Source: Solirubrobacterales bacterium
GTDB taxonomy: Bacteria; Actinomycetota; Thermoleophilia; Solirubrobacterales; 70-9
Direction: 5' to 3'
Length of the DNA stretch: 64,000 nt
Assembly: GCA_051986435.1 (NCBI GenBank)
Contig: JBPYFM010000155.1
Span: forward strand, 1,548 to 65,547
Shown piece after piece: positions 27,890 through 37,076 of the stretch (positions within the stretch are counted from its first letter, which is position 1; each line of letters opens with the position of its first letter). A model generated the notes under the pieces. It ran no database searches. It had not been told where the DNA came from and worked only from the letters and a program-made list of their open reading frames with translations. A program made the translations under genes and the position numbers.

Positions 27890-28840
27890 GTGAGCGTGGC
27901 CGGCGACGTTGCGATCGTTATTCCGAGCTGGAATTCCGTCGACCTGCTGCCAAGCTGCCTCGATTCGCTCGCTGGCCAAGGCGAGGTCGAGGTGGTGGTG
28001 GTCGACAACGGCTCGACCGACGGCAGCGTGGAGCTGTTGCGGAGTCGCGGCATCGATCCCGTAACCCTTCCCGAGAATGTCGGTTTCGCAGCGGCGGTCA
28101 ACTTGGGCGTGGCCCGCACGGACGCGCCGTTCGTCATGCCTCTGAACGCCGACACGGAGCTCGAGCCCGGGGCCGTGTCGACCTTGGCCGCGGCACTCGA
28201 GGCCGATTCAGGTCTGGGTGGAGTCGCCCCACGCATCCTGCAGGTCGAAGGAGGCAAGCGCGATGTCGCGAACGCCCGTCTGTACAGCGCCGGTCAGGGG
28301 CTGACCGCCGACGGGCGAGCGATGGAGATCGGGGCAGGGGAGATCCAGTCGGTGGCTTCGAGCACGCCCCGACAGGTCTTCGGCGTCTGTGGGGCGGCCT
28401 GCTTGCTCCGTCGCGACCTGTTCGCCGATCTGGGCGGCTACGAGCCCTTCTATTTCGCCTTCTACGAGGACGTCGACCTGAACGTCCGCGCGCAGGTCGC
28501 CGGGTGGCGCTTCGCCTACGAGCCCCGGGCCGTTGTCTGGCACCTCGGCAACGCCTCATGGCAGGCTGGTGTGGCGCGCCCGAGCGCGTGGAACGCGCGC
28601 CTCGTCGCCCGCAACCGCCTGGTCACCCAGGCAAAGTTCATGCCTGCCACGGCCATGCCGCGCCTCGTCGCGGTCGAGGTCGGCTCCCTTGCCCGCGCGT
28701 CCCGGCAGGGTCGGCTTGGTGCGACCGCACGCGGCAAGGTCGAAGGCCTACGGCGGATGCGGTGGGCGCTGCGCGAGCGTCGCCGTCTGGCGGCGGATGG
28801 CGACCTCTGGCGGCCCCGCGCCTGGCTCGGGCGCGGATGA
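27890..28840 (+). CDS. GT2 glycosyltransferase, WbbL-like (putative rhamnosyltransferase)
   Basis: VAIVIPSWNSVDLL, VVVVDNGSTDGS and FYFAFYEDVDLN motifs. GTG start. Confidence 0.8.
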   Translation: MSVAGDVAIVIPSWNSVDLLPSCLDSLAGQGEVEVVVVDNGSTDGSVELLRSRGIDPVTLPENVGFAAAVNLGVARTDAPFVMPLNADTELEPGAVSTLAAALEADSGLGGVAPRILQVEGGKRDVANARLYSAGQGLTADGRAMEIGAGEIQSVASSTPRQVFGVCGAACLLRRDLFADLGGYEPFYFAFYEDVDLNVRAQVAGWRFAYEPRAVVWHLGNASWQAGVARPSAWNARLVARNRLVTQAKFMPATAMPRLVAVEVGSLARASRQGRLGATARGKVEGLRRMRWALRERRRLAADGDLWRPRAWLGRG

Positions 28841-28849
28841 TCGCCGTCC

Positions 28850-29779
28850 TCAGCCGTTTCGGCGCAGACGGAGGGCCAGCGCCTCTCGAGCACCGATGTC
28901 GAGGAGCGGGACCCCATCGACGTCGTGACGCTCGAGCCCGGCCGCGGCACGCCAACCGGCGACCCGACCCTTCAGTCCCGCGGTCGTGTGCTCCTTCAGC
29001 AGCTGGCCTGCGCAAAGGGCTCCCTCGCATCCGATCGCGCGGATCGCAAGGCGCGGGTCGGCGGTGATCCCGTAGCGCCTCAGCATGTAGCCCCGGCTCC
29101 AGCCGGTGCGCCGGTACTTCGCGGCGCTCCCCGCGCCGAGCGTCGCCGAGTAAGCGTGCAACGCCCGTGCATCAGGCGCGAGCCGGCAACTGCTGCCGCC
29201 GGCGGCGAGCCGCAGTGCCAGGTCGAGGTCCTCGTAATAGAGGAAGATCCGCTCGTCGAACCCGCCGACCCGCTCGAAGGCCTCCCGGCGGTAGAGCGCG
29301 GCGCCGCCGGTCGGGCCGAGTGGATCGGCCGCGGTCGCGGCCTTCTCGATCGGTAAGCCGTTCAGGTAGTCGAAGCCCATCAGGGTCCCGTCCGCGACCA
29401 CCCCCGCCGAGTCGATCAGGCGGGGGTTGCGCTCCTGGACCAGCACGCCCGCCACCGAGCCGATTCCACTGCCCACTTGATCGAGGAGGGCCTCGATGAA
29501 GCGCGGCTCGGCGTCGGCATCATTGTTGAACAGCACGATCGGATCGCGAGGATGCTCCGCGATCGCTCGGTTCAGCGCCGGACCGAATCCGTGGTTGGTC
29601 CCCAGTCGCAGCAGCCTGACATCAGGGAAGCGGTCGACGACCAACTGGTCGGAGCCGTCGCCGGATCCGTTGTCGACGACGACGACGTCGACCCCGCAGG
29701 TCTGCGCCAGCAGGCTTTCGACAGCCCGGCCGAGAAGCTCGCCGCCGTTGTAGTTGGGGATGTAGACCCCTGGTCGCAC
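28850..29779 (-). CDS. GT2 glycosyltransferase, WbbL-like (putative rhamnosyltransferase)
   Basis: VYIPNYNGGELL, VVVVDNGSGDGS and IFLYYEDLDLALR motifs. Confidence 0.8.
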   Translation of the reverse strand: MRPGVYIPNYNGGELLGRAVESLLAQTCGVDVVVVDNGSGDGSDQLVVDRFPDVRLLRLGTNHGFGPALNRAIAEHPRDPIVLFNNDADAEPRFIEALLDQVGSGIGSVAGVLVQERNPRLIDSAGVVADGTLMGFDYLNGLPIEKAATAADPLGPTGGAALYRREAFERVGGFDERIFLYYEDLDLALRLAAGGSSCRLAPDARALHAYSATLGAGSAAKYRRTGWSRGYMLRRYGITADPRLAIRAIGCEGALCAGQLLKEHTTAGLKGRVAGWRAAAGLERHDVDGVPLLDIGAREALALRLRRNG

Positions 29780-29797
29780 GGCGCGAGCCGGCGCCGA

Positions 29798-30781
29798 TCA
29801 GCGACGCCCGCCGAGGCGTGCCTTGGCGGCGCGAAGCGGCTCGGTCACTCGCCAACTGGATGACGACTTGACCCGGCGCAGCTCTCTCGCGGTCGAGTCG
29901 AGATCGCTTTCCAGTCGGCGGACTTGCGACCGCAGGCGCTGCACTTCGGCTGCCAGTTCGGGCGAGGTGGTCGGCTGTGGCGACGCGCCCGACTTGCGCA
30001 GGACGACCACGATCTCGATGCCGCGGCGGGCCAGCGCTTCGATCTCGAACGAGTCGTCGAACCGTTCCTGGCAGTACAGCAGCAGGCGCATGAAAGAGGC
30101 CTCGGTCCAGCTGTGGGTGTGGATCGAGAAGTCCTCGTCTTCGAGCTCGCGGGCGACTTCCTCGGCCCGCGCCGGCCAGGCCGGATCCTCGTGATACTCC
30201 TCGTTGGCGACGACCAGGTTCGCCCATTCGTCGTAGTGAGCGCGCCGTGATACCTCGGCTCCTTCCTCGTGGTCGCGAATCATGTGCTCCAGCGACGTGG
30301 GCTCACGGCGAAAATCGAACGTGTAACGCTGGTCTGGGACGGCATAGAAGAGGACGCCTCCAGGCTTCAGCTTCCCCAGGTGGACGCCGATCGTCCCGAT
30401 CGGATCGCCGGTGTGCTCGAGAAAGTGGTTGGCGATGATGAAGTCCTGGGATCTCTCCGGGATCGACTCGAGCTTTTCCCCGTCGTCGAGGATGTCGACC
30501 TCGCTCAGGTCCTGGTCCTGGAGCTCCGGGTACTCCTCGCGCAGCTCGGCGAGAGGCATTCTGTCGACGGTCTTCGCCTCGGCGCCAGCCGGCAGTTTCA
30601 GCGGCCAATTGAGCGCTCCGATCTCGAGCCCTTTGCCCGTCAGAAAGCGGTCGGCCAATTCGGTTCGGGCCTCGAAGTAGAGCGGAGGCGGATCGGCAGG
30701 CCTGGATGCCTCCGTCTCGGCTCTGGTCTCAGGACTGTCCACGCCCGCAGAGTACCCGGTCGCCGCACCGCTCCTTCTCAT
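29798..30781 (-). CDS. SAM-dependent methyltransferase with C-terminal coiled-coil tail
   Basis: GLEIGAL, FIIANHFLEHTGDP and LKPGGVLFYAVPD motifs. Tail AAEVQRLRSQVRRLESDLDSTARELRRVKSSSSWRVTEPLRAAK. The start is uncertain (an alternative GTG at 30742 gives a 62-nt divergent spacer). Confidence 0.75.
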   Translation of the reverse strand: MRRSGAATGYSAGVDSPETRAETEASRPADPPPLYFEARTELADRFLTGKGLEIGALNWPLKLPAGAEAKTVDRMPLAELREEYPELQDQDLSEVDILDDGEKLESIPERSQDFIIANHFLEHTGDPIGTIGVHLGKLKPGGVLFYAVPDQRYTFDFRREPTSLEHMIRDHEEGAEVSRRAHYDEWANLVVANEEYHEDPAWPARAEEVARELEDEDFSIHTHSWTEASFMRLLLYCQERFDDSFEIEALARRGIEIVVVLRKSGASPQPTTSPELAAEVQRLRSQVRRLESDLDSTARELRRVKSSSSWRVTEPLRAAKARLGGRR

Positions 30782-30804
30782 ACGGGGTAGGGTTCCAGCG
30801 TCCG

Positions 30805-31884
30805 ATGGAGCCCCTGAAGGGACTGATCCTCTCCGGCGGCGCCGGCACTCGCCTGCGCCCGATCACGCACACCTCCGCCAAGCAGTTGGTGCCGGTGGCG
30901 AACAAGCCCGTGCTCTTCTACGGCATCGAGGCGCTGGTCGACGCCGGGGTGAAGGAGATCGGGATCATCATCGCGCCGGAGACCGGCGGGGAGATCCGCG
31001 AGGCGGCCGGCGACGGGTCGCAGTTCGGGGCGAGCATCACCTACATCGAGCAGGACAAACCCGCCGGGCTGGCCCACGCGGTGTTGACCGCGGAGGACTT
31101 CATCGGCGGCTCGCCGTTCGTCATGTACCTGGGCGACAACCTGCTGAGCCACGGTCTGCGCGGACTGGTGTCGACCTTCGCCGAGGACGACCCCGACGCG
31201 CTGATCTTGCTGACCCCGGTAGACGACCCGCAGTCCTACGGGGTGGCGGAGCTCACGCCGGAGGGTGGGATCGTCCGGCTGATCGAGAAGCCGAAAGACC
31301 CGCCGTCGAACCTGGCGCTGGTCGGGGTCTACCTCTTCAGCCCGCTGATCTTCGACGCCGCCCGGCGCCTCGAGCCCTCCTGGCGGGGCGAGCTCGAGAT
31401 CACCGAGGCGATCCAGACCCTGATCGACGACGGGCGCCGCGTCCAGTCGGAGGTGGTGCGCGGCTGGTGGAAGGACACCGGCCAGCTCGCCGACATGCTG
31501 GAGGCCAACCGGCTCGTGCTGGAGGAGGTCGAGGAGTCGATCGAGGGCGACGTCGACGACCACTCGCGGGTCGAAGGTCGCGTCGTCGTCTCCTCCGGCG
31601 CCAAGATCGTCCGCTCGATCGTCCGCGGCCCCGCCGTGATCGGCCCGGGCGCCACCGTCGAAGACGCCTTCATCGGCCCCTACACCTCGATCGGCGACGA
31701 GGTCGCCGTGCGCCGCTGCGAGGTCGAGCACTCGATCGTCCTCGCCAACTCGGTGGTCGAGGACCTCGGCACCCGCATGGAGGCGAGCCTCCTCGGCCGC
31801 AACGTGAAATTGACCCGCAGCGAAGGCCTGCCGAAAACGCTCCGCCTGTTGGTCGGCGACAACTCGATCATCGAAATCCTCTGA
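30805..31884 (+). CDS. rmlA: Glucose-1-phosphate thymidylyltransferase, long form with C-terminal left-handed beta-helix
   Basis: MEPLKGLILSGGAGTRLRPITHTSAKQLVPVANKP. Same locus as rmlB, rmlC and rmlD. Confidence 0.8.
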   Translation: MEPLKGLILSGGAGTRLRPITHTSAKQLVPVANKPVLFYGIEALVDAGVKEIGIIIAPETGGEIREAAGDGSQFGASITYIEQDKPAGLAHAVLTAEDFIGGSPFVMYLGDNLLSHGLRGLVSTFAEDDPDALILLTPVDDPQSYGVAELTPEGGIVRLIEKPKDPPSNLALVGVYLFSPLIFDAARRLEPSWRGELEITEAIQTLIDDGRRVQSEVVRGWWKDTGQLADMLEANRLVLEEVEESIEGDVDDHSRVEGRVVVSSGAKIVRSIVRGPAVIGPGATVEDAFIGPYTSIGDEVAVRRCEVEHSIVLANSVVEDLGTRMEASLLGRNVKLTRSEGLPKTLRLLVGDNSIIEIL

Positions 31885-31901
31885 CGGACCCGGCCAGGTC
31901 G

Positions 31902-33599
31902 ATGACCTCCGTCAGCCGGTGGAATTGGCGCGCTCATTGGCACTGGGCGATCCCGGCTGTCGTGATTGCGGTACTCGCCTCGCCGCTCCTCAGCGACCGC
32001 ACCTTCGCCTCGGACTGGGGCAACCACCTCTGGTTGATCCACGCGCAGAGCGAAAACATCTCCCACCTGGGGCTGCCGAGCTACTACCTGCAGTCCGACC
32101 TCGGGGCCTTCTATCCCTATTACGCCTTCTATGGCGGCACCCTCTACTCGGTCATCGGCTACGGGGCCTGGCTGATCGGCGCCAACGCGGCGACGGTGAT
32201 CGCCCTCTTTCTCGCGCTCTGTGCCTCCTACCTGGCGTGGACCTGGCTTGCCGCGCAGGCGGGAATCCGGGGCTGGCTGATGCAGATCCCCGGCCTGCTC
32301 GCCGTCACCGCGCCCTACACGATCAGCAACAACTTCGGCCGCGGGGGGATCCCGGAGACGATCGGCTGCTCGATGATCGCCCTGGTCGCCGCCAGCGGCA
32401 TCGCGATCTTCCGCGCCGAGCGGCTGAAGGTCGGGCCGGCGGCCGCCTTCGTCGTCAGCCTCGTCTTCCTCAGCGGCTCCCACGTGCTCACGACTGCGTG
32501 GGGGGTGACGTTCCTCGTCCTGGTCGGGGCGATCCTGGTCGCTGCCGACTGGCGCACCGCGCGCGCCCACGTCAAGCGTGGCCTGCGGCTCCTCTGGCTC
32601 GCCGTCCTCGCCTTCGGGATCAACGCCTGGATCCTGATCCCGGAGCTACTCCTGAACGGCAAGCTGGCCGAAAACGAACCGGACGCCCTCGGTCAGCTCG
32701 AATACACCAGCCACAGCCAGCTGTTCAGCCTCTTCCGCGACGGAGCCCACCTGAACCCCGGCATCCACGGCGACATCAACGCCCAGCTGCCGCTGCTGAT
32801 GGCCTTCTGGACGATCGCCTTCGGCCTCTTCTTCTGGCGCTACCTGACCCCGTCGCGGCGATGGCTGGCGATCGGCCTCTCGGCGCTCACCGGCTTCCTC
32901 CTGTTCCTGATCATGCACTCGACCTCGATCTGGCACCTGCCGACCTTCCTCACCTACATCCAGTTCCCGTACCGGCTGATGACCTACGTCGACCTCGCGA
33001 TGGTCGGGGTGACGACGCTGGCGATCGCGGCGATGCAGCGCTCGGGGACCACCTCGCGGGTGCCGGCGGGCCTGCTCGCCCTCGTCGCCGCGATCAGCTT
33101 CTACGCGGCTGTCGTCCAGAACCACCAGGTGCGCTCGTGGCTTCCGGGCGGCCGCGATGCCGCCGTCGCGTCGGCGTCGACGCCGCCGGAAACGTGGTAC
33201 GCGTTCGTGCAGTTCGGGGACGCGTCCGAGCCGCTCGGCGAACCGAGCCTGCCCGGCGAAATCCACGTGCCCGTCGACGAAGGCATCAAGAAGAGCTACA
33301 CGGTCACGATCCCTCCGGGGCCCGAAGGCACGATCCTCACCAACGTCGTCACCGGCCCCTACTTCGTGAAGATCACCGGCGCCGAAGCCGTCGCCCGCAA
33401 CGAAAACAGCGACCAGATCGTCCGCGTGCCGGCCTCGGACAAGCCCCGCGAGATCACCTTCGCCACCCATTGGGGCACCGAAGTGACGGCCGGCATCTGG
33501 ATCACCGTCATCTCGCTGGTGGTCGGGGCGATCGCCTTGATCTGGGGGCTCGCCGGCCTCCCTTGGCGCTCCTACCTGCGCCGCGGGCGCTCGACCTGA
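31902..33599 (+). CDS. Polytopic membrane protein of unknown function (possible GT-C-like)
   Basis: ATG at 31902. About 12 TM segments, an extracytoplasmic domain (aa ~430-530) and a final TM. The ORF part upstream of 31902 overlaps rmlA. Confidence 0.6.
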   Translation: MTSVSRWNWRAHWHWAIPAVVIAVLASPLLSDRTFASDWGNHLWLIHAQSENISHLGLPSYYLQSDLGAFYPYYAFYGGTLYSVIGYGAWLIGANAATVIALFLALCASYLAWTWLAAQAGIRGWLMQIPGLLAVTAPYTISNNFGRGGIPETIGCSMIALVAASGIAIFRAERLKVGPAAAFVVSLVFLSGSHVLTTAWGVTFLVLVGAILVAADWRTARAHVKRGLRLLWLAVLAFGINAWILIPELLLNGKLAENEPDALGQLEYTSHSQLFSLFRDGAHLNPGIHGDINAQLPLLMAFWTIAFGLFFWRYLTPSRRWLAIGLSALTGFLLFLIMHSTSIWHLPTFLTYIQFPYRLMTYVDLAMVGVTTLAIAAMQRSGTTSRVPAGLLALVAAISFYAAVVQNHQVRSWLPGGRDAAVASASTPPETWYAFVQFGDASEPLGEPSLPGEIHVPVDEGIKKSYTVTIPPGPEGTILTNVVTGPYFVKITGAEAVARNENSDQIVRVPASDKPREITFATHWGTEVTAGIWITVISLVVGAIALIWGLAGLPWRSYLRRGRST

Positions 33600-33680
33600 C
33601 GCCGCACCTTTCGGGCGTCTCGCCTGTTGTGGCCTCGAATGAGGCAGCCCGTTCACGCCGCTCGGCAACATGAGGTGCCG

Positions 33681-35081
33681 ATGCGACCCGCCCCTCTTCA
33701 CCGGCGACTACTCATCGCGGCGCTGCTCGCGCTCGCCATCCTCCTGGCGACGTCCGCCTCCGCCTCGGCCCTCACCTACGGGCTGAACTGGGACGGCAAT
33801 AACTCCTCGTCGACCGAACTCCTCGACGCGGTCCAGAAGTCGGGGGCGACCGTGTACCACCAGCCGCTCGAATACAACGGGCCGAGTGGGGACTGGACGA
33901 ACAACGACTCGCTGGTCGAAGAAGCGTGGCGGCGGGGGCTGACGATTCTGCCGACGCTGCAGAACGGTACGCAATTCCCTCTGCCGGGCGAACCCGGGCT
34001 GGCGGAATGGGGAGCGTGGCTGCGGGAAGCGGTCGAACGGTACGGCGTCAACGGCAGCTTCTGGGAAGGGAAGGTGAACCCGACGCCGATCACGGCCTGG
34101 GAAGTGTGGAACGAGCCAAACATCAGCGGGGAAGATCCGCGACCCGACGAAGCCGCGAGCTACGGGGCCTTCCTCGCCTACTCCGCCGAACAGATCCAGG
34201 CGGCGTCCCAGGGGAAGGCGGGAGGGCCGACCAACGTCCTCTTCGGCGCGATCAACACTCAGGTGGGCGAAAGCTATGAAGCCTTTCTCGCGGGCGCGGC
34301 GGCCACCGGCGGGCTGGGGCCGGACGTGACCGGGGTGGCGATCCATCCCTACTCGTTCGCGGGCGGCGCGTCGGGCATGGCGGCGGACATCAGCGGCGTG
34401 CGCGGCTACCTCGACACGCTGCCGGAAGGGAGCGGCAAGTCGCTCTGGATCACCGAGGTCGGCTGGCCAACCCATGGCCACGTGCCAAGTGGGGAAACCG
34501 TCGACCCGTCGGAGGCGGCGACGCTCCTGAGCGAATCCCTCGAGTGGATCGAGGCGAACGCGGAAGCGGAGAATATCCAACTGGTCGCCTGGTACAACGT
34601 GCGCGACTTCGGCGGCTCCACCTGGGACGGCTACGCGGGGTTGCAGGCCGAAGACGGCGCCTACGAGCCCGCCTGGTACGCCTTCCAGGAACAGACCGGC
34701 GCCGAACGCTCCGGGGACCACTGGGCCGCCTTCCAGGCCACCACCGGGACGCTCTGGATCTACTCGACCGCCGAGGGCTATCAGGACACCGGCCTGCCGA
34801 TGCTCCCCGGATTGAGCCCGACCGTCGTCGCGCAGCCAGGCGGCGGCGCGCTCGTCTCCTTCCAGGGACCCGACGGCGAACCGACCACCTACTCGACCAG
34901 GACCGGCACCACTGTCGCCGGCCTCGCCGCCGAATCCGATCCCCCGCACCAGAACTTCCTTGTCACCGCCTTCAAGGCCTACATCGGCGCCGTCTGGCCG
35001 GCCTCCGGCGCCGACGGCGCCTTCGGCACCACTGCCCACCTCGCCCCCGGCACCACGCCGAGCGTCTCCACCGTCCCGTGA
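33681..35081 (+). CDS. Secreted clan GH-A glycoside-hydrolase-like protein, paralog 2 of 3, with extra C-terminal domain
   Basis: GAGG-type RBS, then an ATG at 33681. Signal peptide ending ASASA. WEVWNEPNI and ITEVGWPTHG motifs. Confidence 0.7.
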   Translation: MRPAPLHRRLLIAALLALAILLATSASASALTYGLNWDGNNSSSTELLDAVQKSGATVYHQPLEYNGPSGDWTNNDSLVEEAWRRGLTILPTLQNGTQFPLPGEPGLAEWGAWLREAVERYGVNGSFWEGKVNPTPITAWEVWNEPNISGEDPRPDEAASYGAFLAYSAEQIQAASQGKAGGPTNVLFGAINTQVGESYEAFLAGAAATGGLGPDVTGVAIHPYSFAGGASGMAADISGVRGYLDTLPEGSGKSLWITEVGWPTHGHVPSGETVDPSEAATLLSESLEWIEANAEAENIQLVAWYNVRDFGGSTWDGYAGLQAEDGAYEPAWYAFQEQTGAERSGDHWAAFQATTGTLWIYSTAEGYQDTGLPMLPGLSPTVVAQPGGGALVSFQGPDGEPTTYSTRTGTTVAGLAAESDPPHQNFLVTAFKAYIGAVWPASGADGAFGTTAHLAPGTTPSVSTVP

Positions 35082-35086
35082 CCCGT

Positions 35087-35135
35087 GTTGATGGGCCGAA
35101 AACTCCACTATGTCTGGAGTTTTCGGCCCGTCAAC
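35087..35135. repeat. 49-nt palindromic repeat, copy 1 (21-bp arms); probable bidirectional hairpin terminator / REP-like element
   Basis: GTTGATGGGCCGAAAACTCCA-ctatgtc-TGGAGTTTTCGGCCCGTCAAC. It lies 6 nt after the stop of 33681..35081. Other copies are at 45101 and 58792. Confidence 0.8.
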
Positions 35136-35214
35136 ACCGCCGCATGACGGCGCACCTTTCGGGGCAATAGCCTGTTCGGGCCTTGGAGATGACGACGAGA
35201 GCGGGGATGGGCCG

Positions 35215-36060
35215 ATGAAGGTTCTGGTCGCGGGTGCCGAAGGGCAGCTCGGGCGCGACATGGTGCTCGCCGCGGGGAACGCGGGGCACGATGTGGTCGG
35301 GTTCGGGCGGGCCGAGATGGACGTCACCGACGTGGACATGGTGCGGCGGCGGCTCGATCTCGAGCGGCCCGACATGGTCATCAACTGCACCGCCTGGACC
35401 GATGTGGACGGGGCGGAGACCGCGGAGGACGCTGCTTTTGCGGTGAACGGGACCGGGGCGGGGAACGTCGCCGCGGGCGCCCGGGAGGTCGGCGCGGCGG
35501 TGGTGTTCGTCTCCACCGATTACGTCTTCGACGGGCAGAAGGGAGAGCCGTACGTCGAGTCCGACCAGCCCGCGCCGCTCTCGGCCTACGGGCGCACCAA
35601 GCTCGCCGGTGAGGAGGCGACCGCGGCGGCCAACAAGCGTCACTTCATCGTGCGCTCGGCGGGACTCTTCGGTATCAACGGCGGCAACTTCGTCGACACG
35701 ATGCTGCGGCTCGCCGAATCGACGAACGAGGTCCTGGTGGTCCGCGACCAGGTCACCTCGCCGACCTACACCTGGCACCTCGCCTACGGCCTGACGCGGC
35801 TGATCGAGGGGATCGAGTACGGCATCCACCACATGGCCGCCGCCGGCAGGTGCTCCTGGTACGAATTCGCGCGCGAGATCTTCGAGCAGGCGAAGACCGA
35901 AACGAAAGTGCTCTCCGGGACGACCGAGATGCTCGGCCGGCCCGCGCCCCGCCCCGCCTACTCCGCGTTGCAGAGCCAGCGCGAGCACGCGATCCGGCTG
36001 CCGTCCTGGCACGATGGCCTGGCCGGATACCTCGCCCAGCGCGAGTCCGAGACGAACTAG
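35215..36060 (+). CDS. rmlD: dTDP-4-dehydrorhamnose reductase
   Basis: MKVLVAGAEGQLGRDMV, VFVSTDYVFDG and LSAYGRTKLAGE motifs. Confidence 0.9.
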   Translation: MKVLVAGAEGQLGRDMVLAAGNAGHDVVGFGRAEMDVTDVDMVRRRLDLERPDMVINCTAWTDVDGAETAEDAAFAVNGTGAGNVAAGAREVGAAVVFVSTDYVFDGQKGEPYVESDQPAPLSAYGRTKLAGEEATAAANKRHFIVRSAGLFGINGGNFVDTMLRLAESTNEVLVVRDQVTSPTYTWHLAYGLTRLIEGIEYGIHHMAAAGRCSWYEFAREIFEQAKTETKVLSGTTEMLGRPAPRPAYSALQSQREHAIRLPSWHDGLAGYLAQRESETN

Positions 36061-36092
36061 ACCGTTATAGCGACGGAGGAACAACGCATCCC

Positions 36093-37076
36093 ATGAAGCT
36101 CCTGGTCACCGGCGCCGCCGGATTCATCGGCTCCACCTACGTCCGCATCGCCGGGCAGGAGCACGACATCGTCGTGCTCGACAAGCTGACCTACGCCGGC
36201 CGCCCCGAGAACCTGCCCGAGGGCACGCAGCTGATCGAGGGGGCGATCGAGGATCCCGCGATCGTGCGCGAAGCGATGCAGGGCGTCGACGCGGTCGTGA
36301 ACTTTGCCGCCGAGTCCCACGTCGACCGCTCGATCGACGACCAGGACGCCTTCGCCCGCACCCACGTGATCGGCACCGGCACGCTGCTCGACGCGGTCCG
36401 CGAGCTCGGCGTCCAGCGCTACGTCCAGGTCTCCACCGACGAGGTCTACGGCTCGATCGACTCCGGCTCCTTCACCGAGACCTCGCCGCTCGACCCCTCC
36501 TCGCCCTACTCGGCGACCAAGGCGGCGGGCGACCTGCTCGTCGGCGCCCACGTCCACACCTACAACCTCGATGCCTCGATCGTCCGCGGCTCCAACAACT
36601 ACGGCCCGCGCCAGTACCCGGAGAAGCTGATCCCGCTGATGGTGCTGAACGCCCTCCACGGCGACTCGCTCCCGGTCTACGGCGACGGCAAGCAGGTCCG
36701 CAACTGGCTCTACGTCGAGGACTTCTGCCGCGGCATCCACACGGTGCTCGCCAAAGGCAAGGCGGGGGAGGCCTACAACGTCGGCGGCCCGGACGAGTGC
36801 GAGAACATCGAGGTCGTCAAGCGCGTCATCGAGCTGGTCGACGGCGACGAGTCGCTGATCGAATACGTCACCGACCGCCCCGGCCACGACCGCCGCTACT
36901 CGCTCTCCTCGGAGAAGCTGAAGCGCGAGCTCGGCTGGGAGGCCCAGGTCCACTTCGACGAGGGGATCGAGAAAACCGTCGCCTGGTACCGCGAAAACGA
37001 GGACTGGTGGGGCCCGATCCGCTCCGGCGAGTACCGCGAGTACTACGAACGGCAGTACGGCAAGGCCCTCGGGTAG
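36093..37076 (+). CDS. rmlB: dTDP-glucose 4,6-dehydratase
   Basis: MKLLVTGAAGFIGS, FAAESHVDRSI, VSTDEVYG and YSATKAAGDLL motifs. Confidence 0.9.
   Translation: MKLLVTGAAGFIGSTYVRIAGQEHDIVVLDKLTYAGRPENLPEGTQLIEGAIEDPAIVREAMQGVDAVVNFAAESHVDRSIDDQDAFARTHVIGTGTLLDAVRELGVQRYVQVSTDEVYGSIDSGSFTETSPLDPSSPYSATKAAGDLLVGAHVHTYNLDASIVRGSNNYGPRQYPEKLIPLMVLNALHGDSLPVYGDGKQVRNWLYVEDFCRGIHTVLAKGKAGEAYNVGGPDECENIEVVKRVIELVDGDESLIEYVTDRPGHDRRYSLSSEKLKRELGWEAQVHFDEGIEKTVAWYRENEDWWGPIRSGEYREYYERQYGKALG

Noticed and set aside
35087-35135. Calling the palindromic repeats (both families) mobile elements
   Set aside because: They have no coding capacity, no recognisable target-site duplications and no transposase or integrase in the window. 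Mobility is only an inference, so they are typed as repeats.
33708-35516. 602-aa minus-strand ORF across the second hydrolase paralog, repeat copy 1 and the rmlD start
   Set aside because: It crosses an obvious intergenic palindrome, has an Arg/Gly/Pro-rich translation and conflicts with two well-supported plus-strand genes.
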